Part shown: in pieces, positions 37,549 through 47,708 of the stretch
Layout of the letters: the number at the start of each line of letters is the position of its first letter
Numbering within the stretch: position 1 is the first letter of the stretch
NCBI GenBank assembly: GCA_963754315.1
Contig: CAVWFS010000008.1
Span: 396,289 to 460,288 of the forward strand
From: an uncultured Candidatus Rokubacteria bacterium
GTDB taxonomy: Bacteria > Methylomirabilota > Methylomirabilia > Rokubacteriales > CSP1-6
DNA: 64,000 bases
Direction: 5' to 3'
Notes under the pieces: model-generated
Told to the model about the DNA's origin: nothing
The model's database searches: none
What the model saw: the letters and a program-made list of their open reading frames with translations, nothing else
Translations under genes and position numbers: made by a program

Positions 37549-38337
37549 ATGCCGGTCGCAGCTGATTACCTCGTCCGACTCTTTGGCCTGGAAGGGCAGG
37601 TGGCGTTCATCACCGGCGGCGGCGGCGCCATCGGGGCGGCCACGGCCCGTGCTTACGCGCGCGCCGGCGCCGCGGTGGTCCTGGCCGACAAGGCCCAGGG
37701 GGCGGCGGAGCGAGTGGCCGACGACGTGAAGGCGCTGGGGGGCCAGGTCCTGGCCCTGAGCGTGGACGTGACGCAGGAGCGATCGGTGCAGGCAGCCGTG
37801 AAGGAGGCGACCCGCCAGTTCGACAACGTCGACATCCTCGTGAACAACGCGGGCATCAACATCCGGAAGCCGCCTCAGGAATTGACCGCGGAGGACTGGC
37901 AGACGGTTATGAACGTCAACGTCACCGGCTACTTTCTCTGCGCGCGCGCGGTTGGGCCGGGCATGCTCGCGCGCAAGTCGGGACGCATCATCAACGTGGC
38001 CTCCATCATGGGGTTCCGCGGCAGCTCCATCACCACCAACCTGGCCTACAACACCTCCAAGGGGGCGGTGGTGAACTTCACTCGTACCTTGGCCGGTGAG
38101 TGGGCGCCCCACGGTGTCCGCGTCAACGGAATCGCGCCAACCTACCTGCTGACCCCGCTTACCGAGAAGCTACTCTCCGATCCAGCTGTCCACGCGAAAA
38201 TCGTGGCGCGCACGCCCATGGGCACGGTGGGGGAGCCCGAGGATCTGGTCGGAGCCATGCTATTTCTCGGCTCTCATGCCTCCCGCCTCGTGACCGGACA
38301 CATCATGGCAGTGGACGGCGGCTGGCTCGCCTGGTAG
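37549..38337 (+). CDS. SDR-family oxidoreductase
   Basis: TGGGGAIG, NNAG, YNTSK. Confidence 0.92.
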   Translation: MPVAADYLVRLFGLEGQVAFITGGGGAIGAATARAYARAGAAVVLADKAQGAAERVADDVKALGGQVLALSVDVTQERSVQAAVKEATRQFDNVDILVNNAGINIRKPPQELTAEDWQTVMNVNVTGYFLCARAVGPGMLARKSGRIINVASIMGFRGSSITTNLAYNTSKGAVVNFTRTLAGEWAPHGVRVNGIAPTYLLTPLTEKLLSDPAVHAKIVARTPMGTVGEPEDLVGAMLFLGSHASRLVTGHIMAVDGGWLAW

Positions 38338-38397
38338 CGGTCCAGGTTCTCAGGAGGTGGGAAGGCAGCTAACATCGGGTGGACCAAGGAGGAGACC

Positions 38398-39147
38398 ATG
38401 AGACTGGCGAACAAGGTAGCGCTCATCAGCGGGGGCGCGAGCGGCATGGGACGCAGCGAGGCGACCATCTTCGCCCAGGAGGGCGCCAGAGTCGCCATCG
38501 GGGACATTCTCGAAGCGGAGGGGCGCGACGTCGTCGATCACATCACCAAGGCTGGCGGCCAAGCTCGCTTCGTCAAGCTCGACGTCACCAGCGAAGCCTC
38601 GTGGCAAGCCGCGGTACAAGCGGCGGTGACGGCGTTCGGCAAGCTCGACATCCTGGTGAACAACGCCGGGATCAGCGGCTCCGGCCCCGACACCATGAGC
38701 GTGACGGTCTGGGATACGGTCATGGATATCAACGCCAAGGGCGTCTTTCTGGGGATGAAGTACGCAATTCCCGCCATGCAGCGGGCCGGGGGAGGGGCGA
38801 TCGTCAACATCTCGTCGATTTCCGGCTTCGTCGGCCAAAACCGTATTCATATGGCCTACAACGCCTCCAAGGGCGCCGTGCGCATCATGACCAAGTCGGC
38901 TGCCGTGCAGTATGCCGAGGCCGGCATCCGCGTGAACTCGGTGCATCCGGGAGTCATGCCGCCCATGCGCACCTCGCAAGCCTCGGCCGATCCCGAATGG
39001 CGCGCGAAGATGCTACGGGCCGTACCCCTGAGGCGGGAGGGGCGAGTGGAAGAAGTCGCCAACGCCGTGCTGTTCCTGGCCTCGGACGAGGCCTCGTACA
39101 TCACGGGAACCGAACTGGTCGTCGACGGCGGCCTCCTGGCCGTGTAG
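38398..39147 (+). CDS. SDR-family oxidoreductase
   Basis: SGGASGMG, NNAG, YNASK, NSVHPG, VDGG. Confidence 0.93.
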   Translation: MRLANKVALISGGASGMGRSEATIFAQEGARVAIGDILEAEGRDVVDHITKAGGQARFVKLDVTSEASWQAAVQAAVTAFGKLDILVNNAGISGSGPDTMSVTVWDTVMDINAKGVFLGMKYAIPAMQRAGGGAIVNISSISGFVGQNRIHMAYNASKGAVRIMTKSAAVQYAEAGIRVNSVHPGVMPPMRTSQASADPEWRAKMLRAVPLRREGRVEEVANAVLFLASDEASYITGTELVVDGGLLAV

Positions 39148-39160
39148 AGGAGACGAGAGC

Positions 39161-39766
39161 ATGCGGCATGCGCAATTGAGCGTTGTCCTCATGGGGGCCA
39201 TGGTGCTGGCGGCCTGTTCCACGACGGCGTTTCATTCGACCTGGAAGGCGCCCAACGCCAAGCCGGTATCAGGAAGCGGCGAGAAGGTCATCGCGCTGGT
39301 GGCCAGCACGAACCAGGCGTCGCGCCGTGCCGGTGAGGATGCCCTGGCCCGCGAGCTCACCAAGCGCGGCGCCGTGGGTATCCCGGCCTACACCGTTCTT
39401 GGCGACATCGATCTCAAGAATGAAGGGCAGGTCAAGCAGGCCTTCGAGAAGGCGGGCGCCGCGGGCGTGGTGGTGCTCCGTCCCGTCGCCAAGGAGAAGG
39501 AGGTCTACTCGACACCGTCCGTGTATATGGGGCCCTCCTATGGAACGTTCTGGGGCGGCTACTACGCGGGCGCGTATAGCGCCCCGCAGGTGCACACCAA
39601 CACGATCGTGACCGTCGAGACCCTCGTCTACTCGCTCCGGCAGAACAGGCTCGTGTGGGCAGGGGAGAGCCGCACGACGAATCCCTCGAACGTGGATGCA
39701 TTCGTTCAGGAACTGGTGGCGGAGGCGGCCGAGGCCATGAAGAAGCAAGGCGTGCTCGCTAACTGA
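39161..39766 (+). CDS. Putative lipoprotein of unknown function
   Basis: Lipobox LAAC after a hydrophobic stretch; Gly/Tyr-rich loop; VETLVYSL...LVWAG C-terminal pattern. Confidence 0.8.
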   Translation: MRHAQLSVVLMGAMVLAACSTTAFHSTWKAPNAKPVSGSGEKVIALVASTNQASRRAGEDALARELTKRGAVGIPAYTVLGDIDLKNEGQVKQAFEKAGAAGVVVLRPVAKEKEVYSTPSVYMGPSYGTFWGGYYAGAYSAPQVHTNTIVTVETLVYSLRQNRLVWAGESRTTNPSNVDAFVQELVAEAAEAMKKQGVLAN

Positions 39767-39798
39767 GCACGCGCGTCGTTCGCGAGACAAAGGAGCCC

Positions 39799-40635
39799 GT
39801 GAGCATGGACATCGTCGATTCGCAGGTACACATCTGGGGGGCCGATACCCCTGCGCGGCCCTGGCCGGCTGGACGCGGGCCGGAAGCGCAGAAGCCCTAT
39901 CCGATCAGCAAGGAGGCGCTGCTCTTCCAGATGGATCTGGCCAAGGTCAAGGGTGTGGTACTGGTGCCGCCCTCGTGGGAAGGGGATCGCAACGACCTCG
40001 CGCTCGAGGCAGCGCGGGTCTACCCCGACCGGTTCGCCGTCATGGGTCGACTCGCCTTGCAGAATCCCGAAAGCCGCACGCTGGTGACCGACTGGAAGAA
40101 GCAGCCTGGCATGCTTGGCATGCGCTTCACCTTTCACAACGAGCACAATCGCCACTTCCTCACGGACGGCTCGGCCGACTGGCTGTGGCCCGCCGCGGAG
40201 CGGGCCGGGATTCCACTCATGGTTCTGGTACCGGGAGCGCTCGAATTGCTCGATCGGATTGCCGGGCAGCATCCTGGCCTCAAGCTGGTGATCGATCACG
40301 TCGGACTCAACGTCCGGGGCAAGGGCCCGAAAGTGTTCGAGGATCTATCAGCCGTCTGCGCGCTGGCCAAGCATGCGAACGTCGCCGTCAAGGCGTCAGG
40401 GATGCCATCGCTGTCGACCGAAGCGTACCCCTTCCGTGACCTGCACCGGCACATCCGGACCCTGGTCGAAGCCTTTGGTCCTCGTCGTACGTTCTGGGGT
40501 ACCGATCTGACCCGCATGCCGTGCACCTACTACGAGTGCATCACGCTCTTCACCGAGCACCTGCCGTGGCTGCAGGGCGAAGACCTCGAGTGGGTGATGG
40601 GTCGCGGTGTGCGCGAGTGGCTCGGGTGGCGGTGA
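39799..40635 (+). CDS. Amidohydrolase-2 family protein (lactonase-like)
   Basis: VDSQVHIW, IDHVG, VAVKASG, YPFRD, FWGTD. Confidence 0.88.
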   Translation: MSMDIVDSQVHIWGADTPARPWPAGRGPEAQKPYPISKEALLFQMDLAKVKGVVLVPPSWEGDRNDLALEAARVYPDRFAVMGRLALQNPESRTLVTDWKKQPGMLGMRFTFHNEHNRHFLTDGSADWLWPAAERAGIPLMVLVPGALELLDRIAGQHPGLKLVIDHVGLNVRGKGPKVFEDLSAVCALAKHANVAVKASGMPSLSTEAYPFRDLHRHIRTLVEAFGPRRTFWGTDLTRMPCTYYECITLFTEHLPWLQGEDLEWVMGRGVREWLGWR

Positions 40636-41402
40636 TGGACTTCGAGTCGGTCCTGACGGGGTTCGCGGCCCTTGACGAGGACGAGCTGATGCGCCCCTGG
40701 TCCTGGGGGGGCCGGCCCCTTGACGTCCGATACGCTCTCTATCGCGCGCTGGAGGAAGCACAGGAGGCACACGTCCACGCGGTGGCCAACCCGCATCCGG
40801 AATCGCGGCGCATCCTGGCTCTCGCCCAGCGTGCCTTCGGTGACCTGCGTGGCTTGCTCGTCGGGCTGCAGGAGGACCTGCTCGCCAGCGCGCCATCCCG
40901 GGGGGTGTGGTCGGTACGAGAAGTCGTCGCGCATATGATTCTCGTGGAGCAGCGGTATGCGCTGCACACCCTCTACGCCGTTGAGCGATCGGACGCCGAG
41001 CCTGTGCGCTTGCCCGATGCCCGCCTGCCGCCCCTCGCCCCGAGTGACGACGGGGGCTCGGTCGGCGAGATTCTGGCGCGGCTGGGGACGGCGCGAGCCG
41101 AGACGAACCGTCGACTCGACAACGTGCGCGTGGAGGCCATGACCCGGCCGACAATATGGTCCGGTTGTGACGTCGACGTGCGGTTTCGCCTTCATCGTTT
41201 CGGAGCTCATGTTGTTGAGCACACGATTCAGTGCGAGAAGACACTGGCGGCTCTCGGTTGGCGCCCCCCCGAAGGGCGGAGAATCGTGCGGTGCATCACG
41301 GCGGCGCTCGGCGAGGTCGAGGGCCTGGGGGCGGTGACCGAGGCCCGCGCTATCGGAGCACGGCTGGCCGAGCGCTTTGCCTCCGTGACTGCCGCCGTTT
41401 GA
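40635..41402 (+). CDS. DinB-family protein
   Basis: WSVREVVAHM and HVVEH His motifs; TGATG coupling to the upstream gene. Confidence 0.8.
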   Translation: MDFESVLTGFAALDEDELMRPWSWGGRPLDVRYALYRALEEAQEAHVHAVANPHPESRRILALAQRAFGDLRGLLVGLQEDLLASAPSRGVWSVREVVAHMILVEQRYALHTLYAVERSDAEPVRLPDARLPPLAPSDDGGSVGEILARLGTARAETNRRLDNVRVEAMTRPTIWSGCDVDVRFRLHRFGAHVVEHTIQCEKTLAALGWRPPEGRRIVRCITAALGEVEGLGAVTEARAIGARLAERFASVTAAV

Positions 41403-41428
41403 CAATGGCGGATTTTCAGGCGTAGTGT
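41399..41428 (+). promoter_or_regulatory. Possible sigma70 promoter of the serine hydrolase gene
   Basis: TTGACA-18 bp-TAGTGT ahead of GGAGG and the start codon. Confidence 0.4.
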
Positions 41429-41462
41429 CCGCCCGGCTGTTCGCAGCCGTCCCGGGAGGTGT

Positions 41463-42740
41463 GTGATGAAGCGGTTGGTAGCTCTCCTCACATTGGCGAG
41501 TGTCCTCTTTCTTACCGGCGCCGCCTGGGCGCAAGGCCTGCCCACCGCCAAGCCCGAGGAGGTCGGGATCTCGTCGGAGCGCCTCCAGCGCGTCAGCCGT
41601 GCGCTACGTAGCGAGATTGATGCCGGGAAGATCCCGGGGGCGGTGGCGCTCGTGGCGCGCAAGGGTCGTGTTGTGTACTTCGAGAGCTTTGGCGTACGCG
41701 ACAAGGCCGTCGGTGATCCGATGCCCAAGGACGCTATCTTCCGCCTCTACTCCATGACCAAGCCGTTCACGTCGGTGGCGGCCATGATGCTCATGGAAGA
41801 GGGCAAGTTCCTCCTCACCGATCCGGTGTCGAAGTTCCTGCCGCAACTGGCGAAGCGAGAAGTGAACACCCAGCGACTCGACCCGGCGACGGGGAAAGTC
41901 ACCTACGTATTGGTGCCGGCCGATCGCGAGATGACGATCCAGGACCTCCTCCGCCACACCTCGGGACTGGTCTACGGAACCTTCACGCCCAACGAGCGGA
42001 TCAAGGAACTCTACGCGAAAGAGGGAGTGGCCTGGGAGAATCTCACGCCGGAGGAGCAGATCCAGCGACTGGCCAAGGTTCCGCTGGCACACCAACCCGG
42101 AACGACCTGGGAGTACAGCTTCTCGACGGATGTGCTGGGCCGCGTGATCGAGAAGGTGTCCGGTGCGACCCTCGGCCGGTTCCTCGACGAACGCCTCTTC
42201 GGTCCGCTGAAGATGTCCGACACCTCATTCGTGGTGTCCGCTGACAAGCTTGGTCGCCTCGCCCAGCCGCTCGCGGTAGAGCCAAGCACGGGGCAGCCGA
42301 TCAAGCTGGTCGATGTGACCGTGACGCCGAAGAACGACGCCGGCGGCGCCGGGACCGCCGGAACGGTAGGCGACTACGCCCGGTTCGCCCAGATGCTGCT
42401 CAACGGTGGCCAGCTCGAGGGCAATCGCCTGCTGAGCCCGACCACCGTTACCTATATGACCTCTGATCATCTCGGAAGCATGACGATCGTCCCGCTCGGC
42501 GGCGTGGGGACCGGCTACGGCTTCGGGCTCGGGTTCGCGGTGCGAAAGGATCCGGGCATCGCTGGTGTCTCGGGACCGGTGGGCGAGTACCGCTGGGGTG
42601 GGGCGGCGGGGACGGCCTTCTGGGTCGATCCCAAGGACGAGATGATCAGCGTGCTGATGACGCAGGGCGCGCCTGGTCCCGCTCGCGGGCAGACGAACAC
42701 GCTGTTCCGGCAGATGGTTCGCCAGGCGATCGTCGAGTAA
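41463..42740 (+). CDS. Secreted serine hydrolase, beta-lactamase class C/esterase family VIII-like
   Basis: Signal peptide AWA, SMTK (SxxK), LLRHTSG, WEYS, WGGAAGT. Confidence 0.92.
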   Translation: MMKRLVALLTLASVLFLTGAAWAQGLPTAKPEEVGISSERLQRVSRALRSEIDAGKIPGAVALVARKGRVVYFESFGVRDKAVGDPMPKDAIFRLYSMTKPFTSVAAMMLMEEGKFLLTDPVSKFLPQLAKREVNTQRLDPATGKVTYVLVPADREMTIQDLLRHTSGLVYGTFTPNERIKELYAKEGVAWENLTPEEQIQRLAKVPLAHQPGTTWEYSFSTDVLGRVIEKVSGATLGRFLDERLFGPLKMSDTSFVVSADKLGRLAQPLAVEPSTGQPIKLVDVTVTPKNDAGGAGTAGTVGDYARFAQMLLNGGQLEGNRLLSPTTVTYMTSDHLGSMTIVPLGGVGTGYGFGLGFAVRKDPGIAGVSGPVGEYRWGGAAGTAFWVDPKDEMISVLMTQGAPGPARGQTNTLFRQMVRQAIVE

Positions 42741-42793
42741 GCCTGGGGGCCCGGCGGGCACCACCGCGGCCGCTGCCGAGACTGCGGCGAAGC

Positions 42794-44215
42794 TCAGCTC
42801 GGGCGGAGCGCTCCGTGGTCGGCCAGCACGTGCGCGACGCAGGCAGTGACTTTCACGCCCGTCGGTAGATCGATGAACTCGTTGGGGCCGTGAGCGTTGG
42901 ACCCGGGGCCCATCACACCCGTCACCAGGAATTGAGCGTCCGGGAACCGCTCGCCGAGCATGCTCATGAAGGGGATGGAGCCTCCGAGGCCGTCAAACAT
43001 CGCCGGCGCCCCGAAATAGGCATCGGAGGCGCGGGTGACTGCGCCACGTAACCAGTCGGCCATCGGAGGCGCGTTCCACCCGCTACCTGGGCGCTCGCTG
43101 CTCGTGAACGTCACCCGCGCTCCGTAGGGCGGGTCGGCTTCCAGCACGTCCTTCACGCGGCGCGCGGCGCGGGCCGCGTCGACGGTGGGGGGCAGACGCA
43201 AGGACAGCTTCACGGACGTCTGCGGCCGCAGTACGTTGCCGCCATCGGCCAGTGACGGGATGCCGTCGGCGCCGGTGACGGCCAGCGCGGGGCGCCACGT
43301 GTTGTTGAGCAGCGCCTCCACCGGGTCGTGGGTCACCGCGCGCATGCCCTCCACGAACGGAAAGCGCCGCCAGACGTCCTCGCCCAGGACGGCCGCCACC
43401 GCGCGTACCTCTCGCAACCGATCGGGCGGAATCTCGGCATGGCATTCGGACACAAGGATCTCGCCGGTGCGGTCATTCTCCAGCCGGCCCAGCACCTGAC
43501 GCAAGATGCGAAAGCTCGAAGGAACGATGCCGCTGGCAGCGCCGGAGTGCACGCCCTCGCCAAGCACTTCAACGGTCAGCGTCCCGCTCAGCAAGCCGCG
43601 GAGTGATGTCGTCGTCCACAGGTGGTCGTAGTCGCCGCAGCCCGAGTCGAGGCAGACGACGAGGTCCGGCCGGATGCGATCGGCGAGCTTGTCCACATAG
43701 GCGGGCAGGTCGGGACTGCCGCTTTCCTCGGACGCTTCGATCAGGATCACGCAGCGCGCGTGTGGAACCCCCTGGGCCTGGAGCGTCTCGATGGCGGTGA
43801 GCGCGGCGAATGCGGCGTAGCCGTCGTCACCGGCGCCCCGACCGAACAGCCGATTGCCCCGGCGCACGGGAGTCCACGGGCCCCCATCGTCGGCCCAGCC
43901 GACCATCTCCGGCTGCTTGTCACAATGCCCATAGAGCAGGACAGTCTCGCCACCTGTGCCCGGCACCTCCATCAGGATGACGGGCGTGCGGCCGTCGAGG
44001 CGGACCACCTCGATCGTCAATCCCTCGAGCTTTCGCCGCCGGGCCCAGTCGGTGATGAGGGCCACCGCGCGGTCGATGTGGCCGTGCTCGGCCCACTTGG
44101 TGTCGTACAAGGGGGACTTGGCGGGAATTCGGATGTACTCGGTGAGAGTGGGAACGATATCGGCATCCCAGACCCGCTGAACGAAGGCGCGTGTGCGGTC
44201 GCGATCGATAGTCAT
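42794..44215 (-). CDS. M20-family metallopeptidase
   Basis: LYGHCDKQP, GRGAGDDG, EASEESGS, VHSG, GGSIPF, NAHGPNE. Alternative starts at 44224 and 44233. Confidence 0.92.
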   Translation of the reverse strand: MTIDRDRTRAFVQRVWDADIVPTLTEYIRIPAKSPLYDTKWAEHGHIDRAVALITDWARRRKLEGLTIEVVRLDGRTPVILMEVPGTGGETVLLYGHCDKQPEMVGWADDGGPWTPVRRGNRLFGRGAGDDGYAAFAALTAIETLQAQGVPHARCVILIEASEESGSPDLPAYVDKLADRIRPDLVVCLDSGCGDYDHLWTTTSLRGLLSGTLTVEVLGEGVHSGAASGIVPSSFRILRQVLGRLENDRTGEILVSECHAEIPPDRLREVRAVAAVLGEDVWRRFPFVEGMRAVTHDPVEALLNNTWRPALAVTGADGIPSLADGGNVLRPQTSVKLSLRLPPTVDAARAARRVKDVLEADPPYGARVTFTSSERPGSGWNAPPMADWLRGAVTRASDAYFGAPAMFDGLGGSIPFMSMLGERFPDAQFLVTGVMGPGSNAHGPNEFIDLPTGVKVTACVAHVLADHGALRPS

Positions 44216-44265
44216 GGGCCCCATAGTATCCATGATCGGGACCCGTGTCCCGGTGGGCAGCCCGC

Positions 44266-44856
44266 TCAGGGCAGAAGATCTGCGACGAGGATCGAGCGCT
44301 GGGGTGTGATCAGGGGTTCGATGACCGCCGGCGGACGCAACGTCTGCACGCGATCGTAGCGCCAGCCGCACGGGGCGTCCCCGCACGCGACAGGCTGCCG
44401 GTGAACCTCGAGTGTGTCGTGGGCCAGATCGACGATCCAGTACTCGGTGATGGCAGCGCGGGCATAGAGGCTCGCCTTGTAATCGTGGTCGATCCTGTAG
44501 GAGCCCTCCGAGACCTCGACGACGAGCAGAGCACGCGACGGATGCGCGTCGCGGTAGGCGCCCGGATCGCGTGGCACCACGGCAACGTCCGGCTCGGGCT
44601 CCGAGGTGTCGTCGAGGGCAATCGGAAGTTGCGAGTCGATCTGCCACTGCTCACCAAGAGCGTTGCGCAGAGCGGCGAGCACTCGTCGGATGGCCGCCGC
44701 GTGACGACTGCCCTGCGGTTCCCGCACCAGCAGAAGACCGTCGATCAGCTCCAGATGCTCGCCGGGTTCGAAGACGTGCAGGTCCACGAGGCGCTCATAC
44801 TCAGCGCGGGTCCACCGTCGCGCTTCTCGGGGAAGAACGACGACGTTGGCCTCCAT
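44266..44856 (-). CDS. Uma2-family PD-(D/E)xK endonuclease
   Basis: WTRAEY, LELIDG, EPEPDVAV, LVVEVS, KASLYA...EYWIVDL. Confidence 0.9.
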   Translation of the reverse strand: MEANVVVLPREARRWTRAEYERLVDLHVFEPGEHLELIDGLLLVREPQGSRHAAAIRRVLAALRNALGEQWQIDSQLPIALDDTSEPEPDVAVVPRDPGAYRDAHPSRALLVVEVSEGSYRIDHDYKASLYARAAITEYWIVDLAHDTLEVHRQPVACGDAPCGWRYDRVQTLRPPAVIEPLITPQRSILVADLLP

Positions 44857-45004
44857 GCTGGGGAGCCTAGCCGGCCCTCGCGCGTTGGTCAACGTACGCA
44901 AACCGATACAGCGCGCTGCGGGCCGCCTCCCCCGGGGGCCTTGTGGCCTGGGTCGTCGATGACGTAGCCTCCTGTCCATACACCTGCCGGAAAGGACAAC
45001 AAGC

Positions 45005-45379
45005 ATGCCGAAGATCTGGCGCGTTTTCAGCGGTACGGACGGGCAGTCGCACATCGCCGAGGTGCCGCTGACCATGAAGCCCTTTGTCGACGTCGAAGGC
45101 GCCCATGGGGAGGGCACCCCGACCCAGCCGGCGACGAGTATCGCCTTTCGTGTCTCCCCTCCGGGCTACGTGCTGAGCTGGCACTGTGCGCCCCGGCGGC
45201 AGTATTCCATCTCGCTGTCGGGAACGGCCGAGATCGAGGTCGGCGACGGGACGGTTGCCCGCGTCGGGCCGGGCGACGTGGTGCTGGCCGAGGATTTGAC
45301 CGGTCAGGGCCACGTGACCCGCGTCGTAGGGGATCAACCGAGGTTCTACGCGATCGTCCCGCTTGCCGAGGGCCACTGA
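45005..45379 (+). CDS. Cupin domain protein
   Basis: DGQSH, WHCAPRRQY, GDVVLAEDLTGQGH. Confidence 0.85.
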   Translation: MPKIWRVFSGTDGQSHIAEVPLTMKPFVDVEGAHGEGTPTQPATSIAFRVSPPGYVLSWHCAPRRQYSISLSGTAEIEVGDGTVARVGPGDVVLAEDLTGQGHVTRVVGDQPRFYAIVPLAEGH

Positions 45380-45490
45380 GCGCGGCCCGCCCTGCGTCGG
45401 TATCCGTCGGCGAGTTGCGCCCCTCGTGAGGGGTGGTCTATGATTCGCCCGCCTCTGGTCTGACCTGTCTATCTACGCCGGGAGGAACCG

Positions 45491-46100
45491 ATGATCCCAA
45501 GGTTGCTCGTGATCGTGCTCGGGGTGCTGCTGCTGACCGGGCTCCCCGGGTCCGTGCTCGCCCAGAAGAAGACTCTCACCGTGGCCCTGAACCAGGACCC
45601 CGATGTTCTCGATCCTACTCTTTCGCGCACGTATGTCGGGCGGATCGTGTTCGCGCAGATGTGCGAGAAGCTGTACGAGATCGACGAGCAGCTGCGCATC
45701 TCTCCTCAGCTGGCGGCGGGCATGCCGGTCGTCAGCGACGGCGGCCGCACGGTGACCATCAAGGTCCGTCCCGGCGTGAAGTTCAATGATGGGACGGCGC
45801 TCACGGCGGAGGCCGTACGCGCCTCGCTGGACCGACACCGGACCATGCCGGGCTCCAACCGGCGCAGCGAGCTGGAGTCGGTGACCGCGGTCGAGGTCGT
45901 GGATCCACTTACCGTGCGCCTGCGCCTCAAGGCGCCCTTCTCACCCCTGACCGCCCAGCTCGCCGACCGGGCTGGCATGCCCGTGTCGCCGGCGGCGGTC
46001 CAGAAGCTCGGCGAGAAGTTCGGGACGGCGCCAGTCTGCGTGGGACCGTGGCAGTTCGTCGAGCGCGTGGCCCAGGACCGGATCGTCGTCGAGAAGTCGC
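45491..46100 (+). pseudogene. ABC family-5 substrate-binding protein, truncated after about 200 aa
   Basis: Signal peptide, DPDVLDP, PQLA, GVKFNDGT, PVCVGPW...QDRIVVEK, then similarity stops. The rest of ORF 45491..46363 is antisense to the ligase gene. Confidence 0.8.
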
Positions 46101-46139
46101 CTCGACCTGCTCGACCCGCGGGAATACTGAGTCGGCGGG

Positions 46140-47708
46140 TCAGAGGCTCCGCGTGGCGCGTTCCTGCTCGACCAGCACGCGGCGCAGAATCTTGCCTGAG
46201 GCCGACTTGGGGATCGTTTCCACCACTTCCAGCCGCCGGATCTTCTTGTGGGGTGCCACTCGTCCGGCCACCCAGTCCATCAGCTCGGTTGGCGGCACTG
46301 GCTGACGGAGCACGACGAAAGCCTTGGGCACCTCGCCAGCTTCCTCGTCCGGGCTCGGGATGACTGCCACGTCGGCCACGGCGGGATGGGAGAGGAGCAA
46401 CCCTTCCAGCTCCGCCGGGGCCACCTGCATGCCCTTGTACTTGATGAGCTCCTTGACTCGATCCACCACGTAGAAGTAGCCGTCTGCGTCGGCATAGCCC
46501 ACGTCGCCTGTGTGTAACCATCCGTCGCCGTCGATGGTGCGTGCGGTTGCCTCGGGGTCGTTCCAATAGCCCCGCATGACATTGGGCCCTCGTACGCAGA
46601 TCTCACCCCGCTCCCCCCTGGGAAGAGTGGCGCCGGTGACGGTGTCCACCACCTTTGAGTCCATGTTGGGAAGGGTCAGTCCGGCCGCACCGCTTCGGAC
46701 CTTGGCCGGATCCTGCGGGGTCACGTGGCAGGCCAGGCTCGTCTCGGTCATGCCGTAGCCCTGCGTCACGAGACACTTGAGACGTTCGGCACAGGCGCGC
46801 TGCAGGTTTTCATCGAGGGGAGCCGCCCCAGAATTCACGAGCTTGATCGACGACAGATCAAACTGGTCCACCAGGGGGTGCTTGGCCAGAGCGAGCACGA
46901 TGGGCGGGACCACGTAGAGATGGGTCAGACGGTGCTCCTGCACCAGCCGCAGGAACTCGCCCAGATCGAAGCGTGGCATCGTGACGCAGAGCCCGCTGAA
47001 GTAGAGCGGAAAGTTCATGAGTACGACCTGCCCGTAGATGTGGAAGAAGGGCAGGATGCCCAAGGTGCGCCAGTTCTCGTCGATCTGCGCCTGCGCTTCG
47101 ACCTGGCAGGTGACGGCCACGAGATTGCGGTGCGTCAGCATGACACCCTTGGGCCGACCGGAGGTGCCGCTCGAGTACGGGAGGGCGACGAGGTCTTCCC
47201 GGGGGTTGATGCGCACCGCGGGCATGTCCCCATCGTTGGCGAGAAGTGCCGCAAACGGCGTAGCACCTTCGGTCTCGCCGAAGACGAAGATCTCCCGGAC
47301 AGAGGTGCCGCGAGCGGCCTCGCGCGCCTTGTCGAGAAAGGGGGGAGCGGTCACCAGATACTTGGCACCGGTGTCGCGAAGCTGGAACCCGAGCTCCTCG
47401 GGTGTGTAAAGGGGATTGGCTGCGGTCACGACCCCTCCCACCATGGCGGGACCGTGAAAGGCCAAGGCGTACTCCGGCAGGTTGGGGCTATAGATGGCGA
47501 GGACGTCGCCCTTGGCGAAGCCCCGCCGTGCGAGCCCGGTGCCCACCCGTTGCGCGCCGCCCGCCACCTGGCCGATGGTGAGCGTGCGCCCGCTGGGTCC
47601 GTCGATCAGGACGGGTTGGTCGGCGCGCTCCCTCGCGTGACGGAGGATGAAGCTCGAATACGGCGCGTCCGGAATCGCGACGTCAGGAAGGGCACTGCGA
47701 AAGATCAC
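46140..47708 (-). CDS. 4-coumarate-CoA ligase-like AMP-dependent acyl-CoA ligase
   Basis: PYSSGTSGRPKGV, LPFFHIYG, QGYGMTE, GEICVRG, GWLHTGD, DRVKELIK, IPKSASGKILRR. GTG start overlaps the upstream stop. Confidence 0.93.
   Translation of the reverse strand: MIFRSALPDVAIPDAPYSSFILRHARERADQPVLIDGPSGRTLTIGQVAGGAQRVGTGLARRGFAKGDVLAIYSPNLPEYALAFHGPAMVGGVVTAANPLYTPEELGFQLRDTGAKYLVTAPPFLDKAREAARGTSVREIFVFGETEGATPFAALLANDGDMPAVRINPREDLVALPYSSGTSGRPKGVMLTHRNLVAVTCQVEAQAQIDENWRTLGILPFFHIYGQVVLMNFPLYFSGLCVTMPRFDLGEFLRLVQEHRLTHLYVVPPIVLALAKHPLVDQFDLSSIKLVNSGAAPLDENLQRACAERLKCLVTQGYGMTETSLACHVTPQDPAKVRSGAAGLTLPNMDSKVVDTVTGATLPRGERGEICVRGPNVMRGYWNDPEATARTIDGDGWLHTGDVGYADADGYFYVVDRVKELIKYKGMQVAPAELEGLLLSHPAVADVAVIPSPDEEAGEVPKAFVVLRQPVPPTELMDWVAGRVAPHKKIRRLEVVETIPKSASGKILRRVLVEQERATRSL

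Noticed and set aside
41463-42740. Antibiotic-resistance beta-lactamase
   Set aside because: Has WGG instead of KTG and YS instead of YxN, typical of family VIII esterases and other serine hydrolases.
44266-44856. Restriction-modification or defence island
   Set aside because: Solitary Uma2 gene with no DNA methyltransferase or defence genes adjacent; such genes are commonly scattered.
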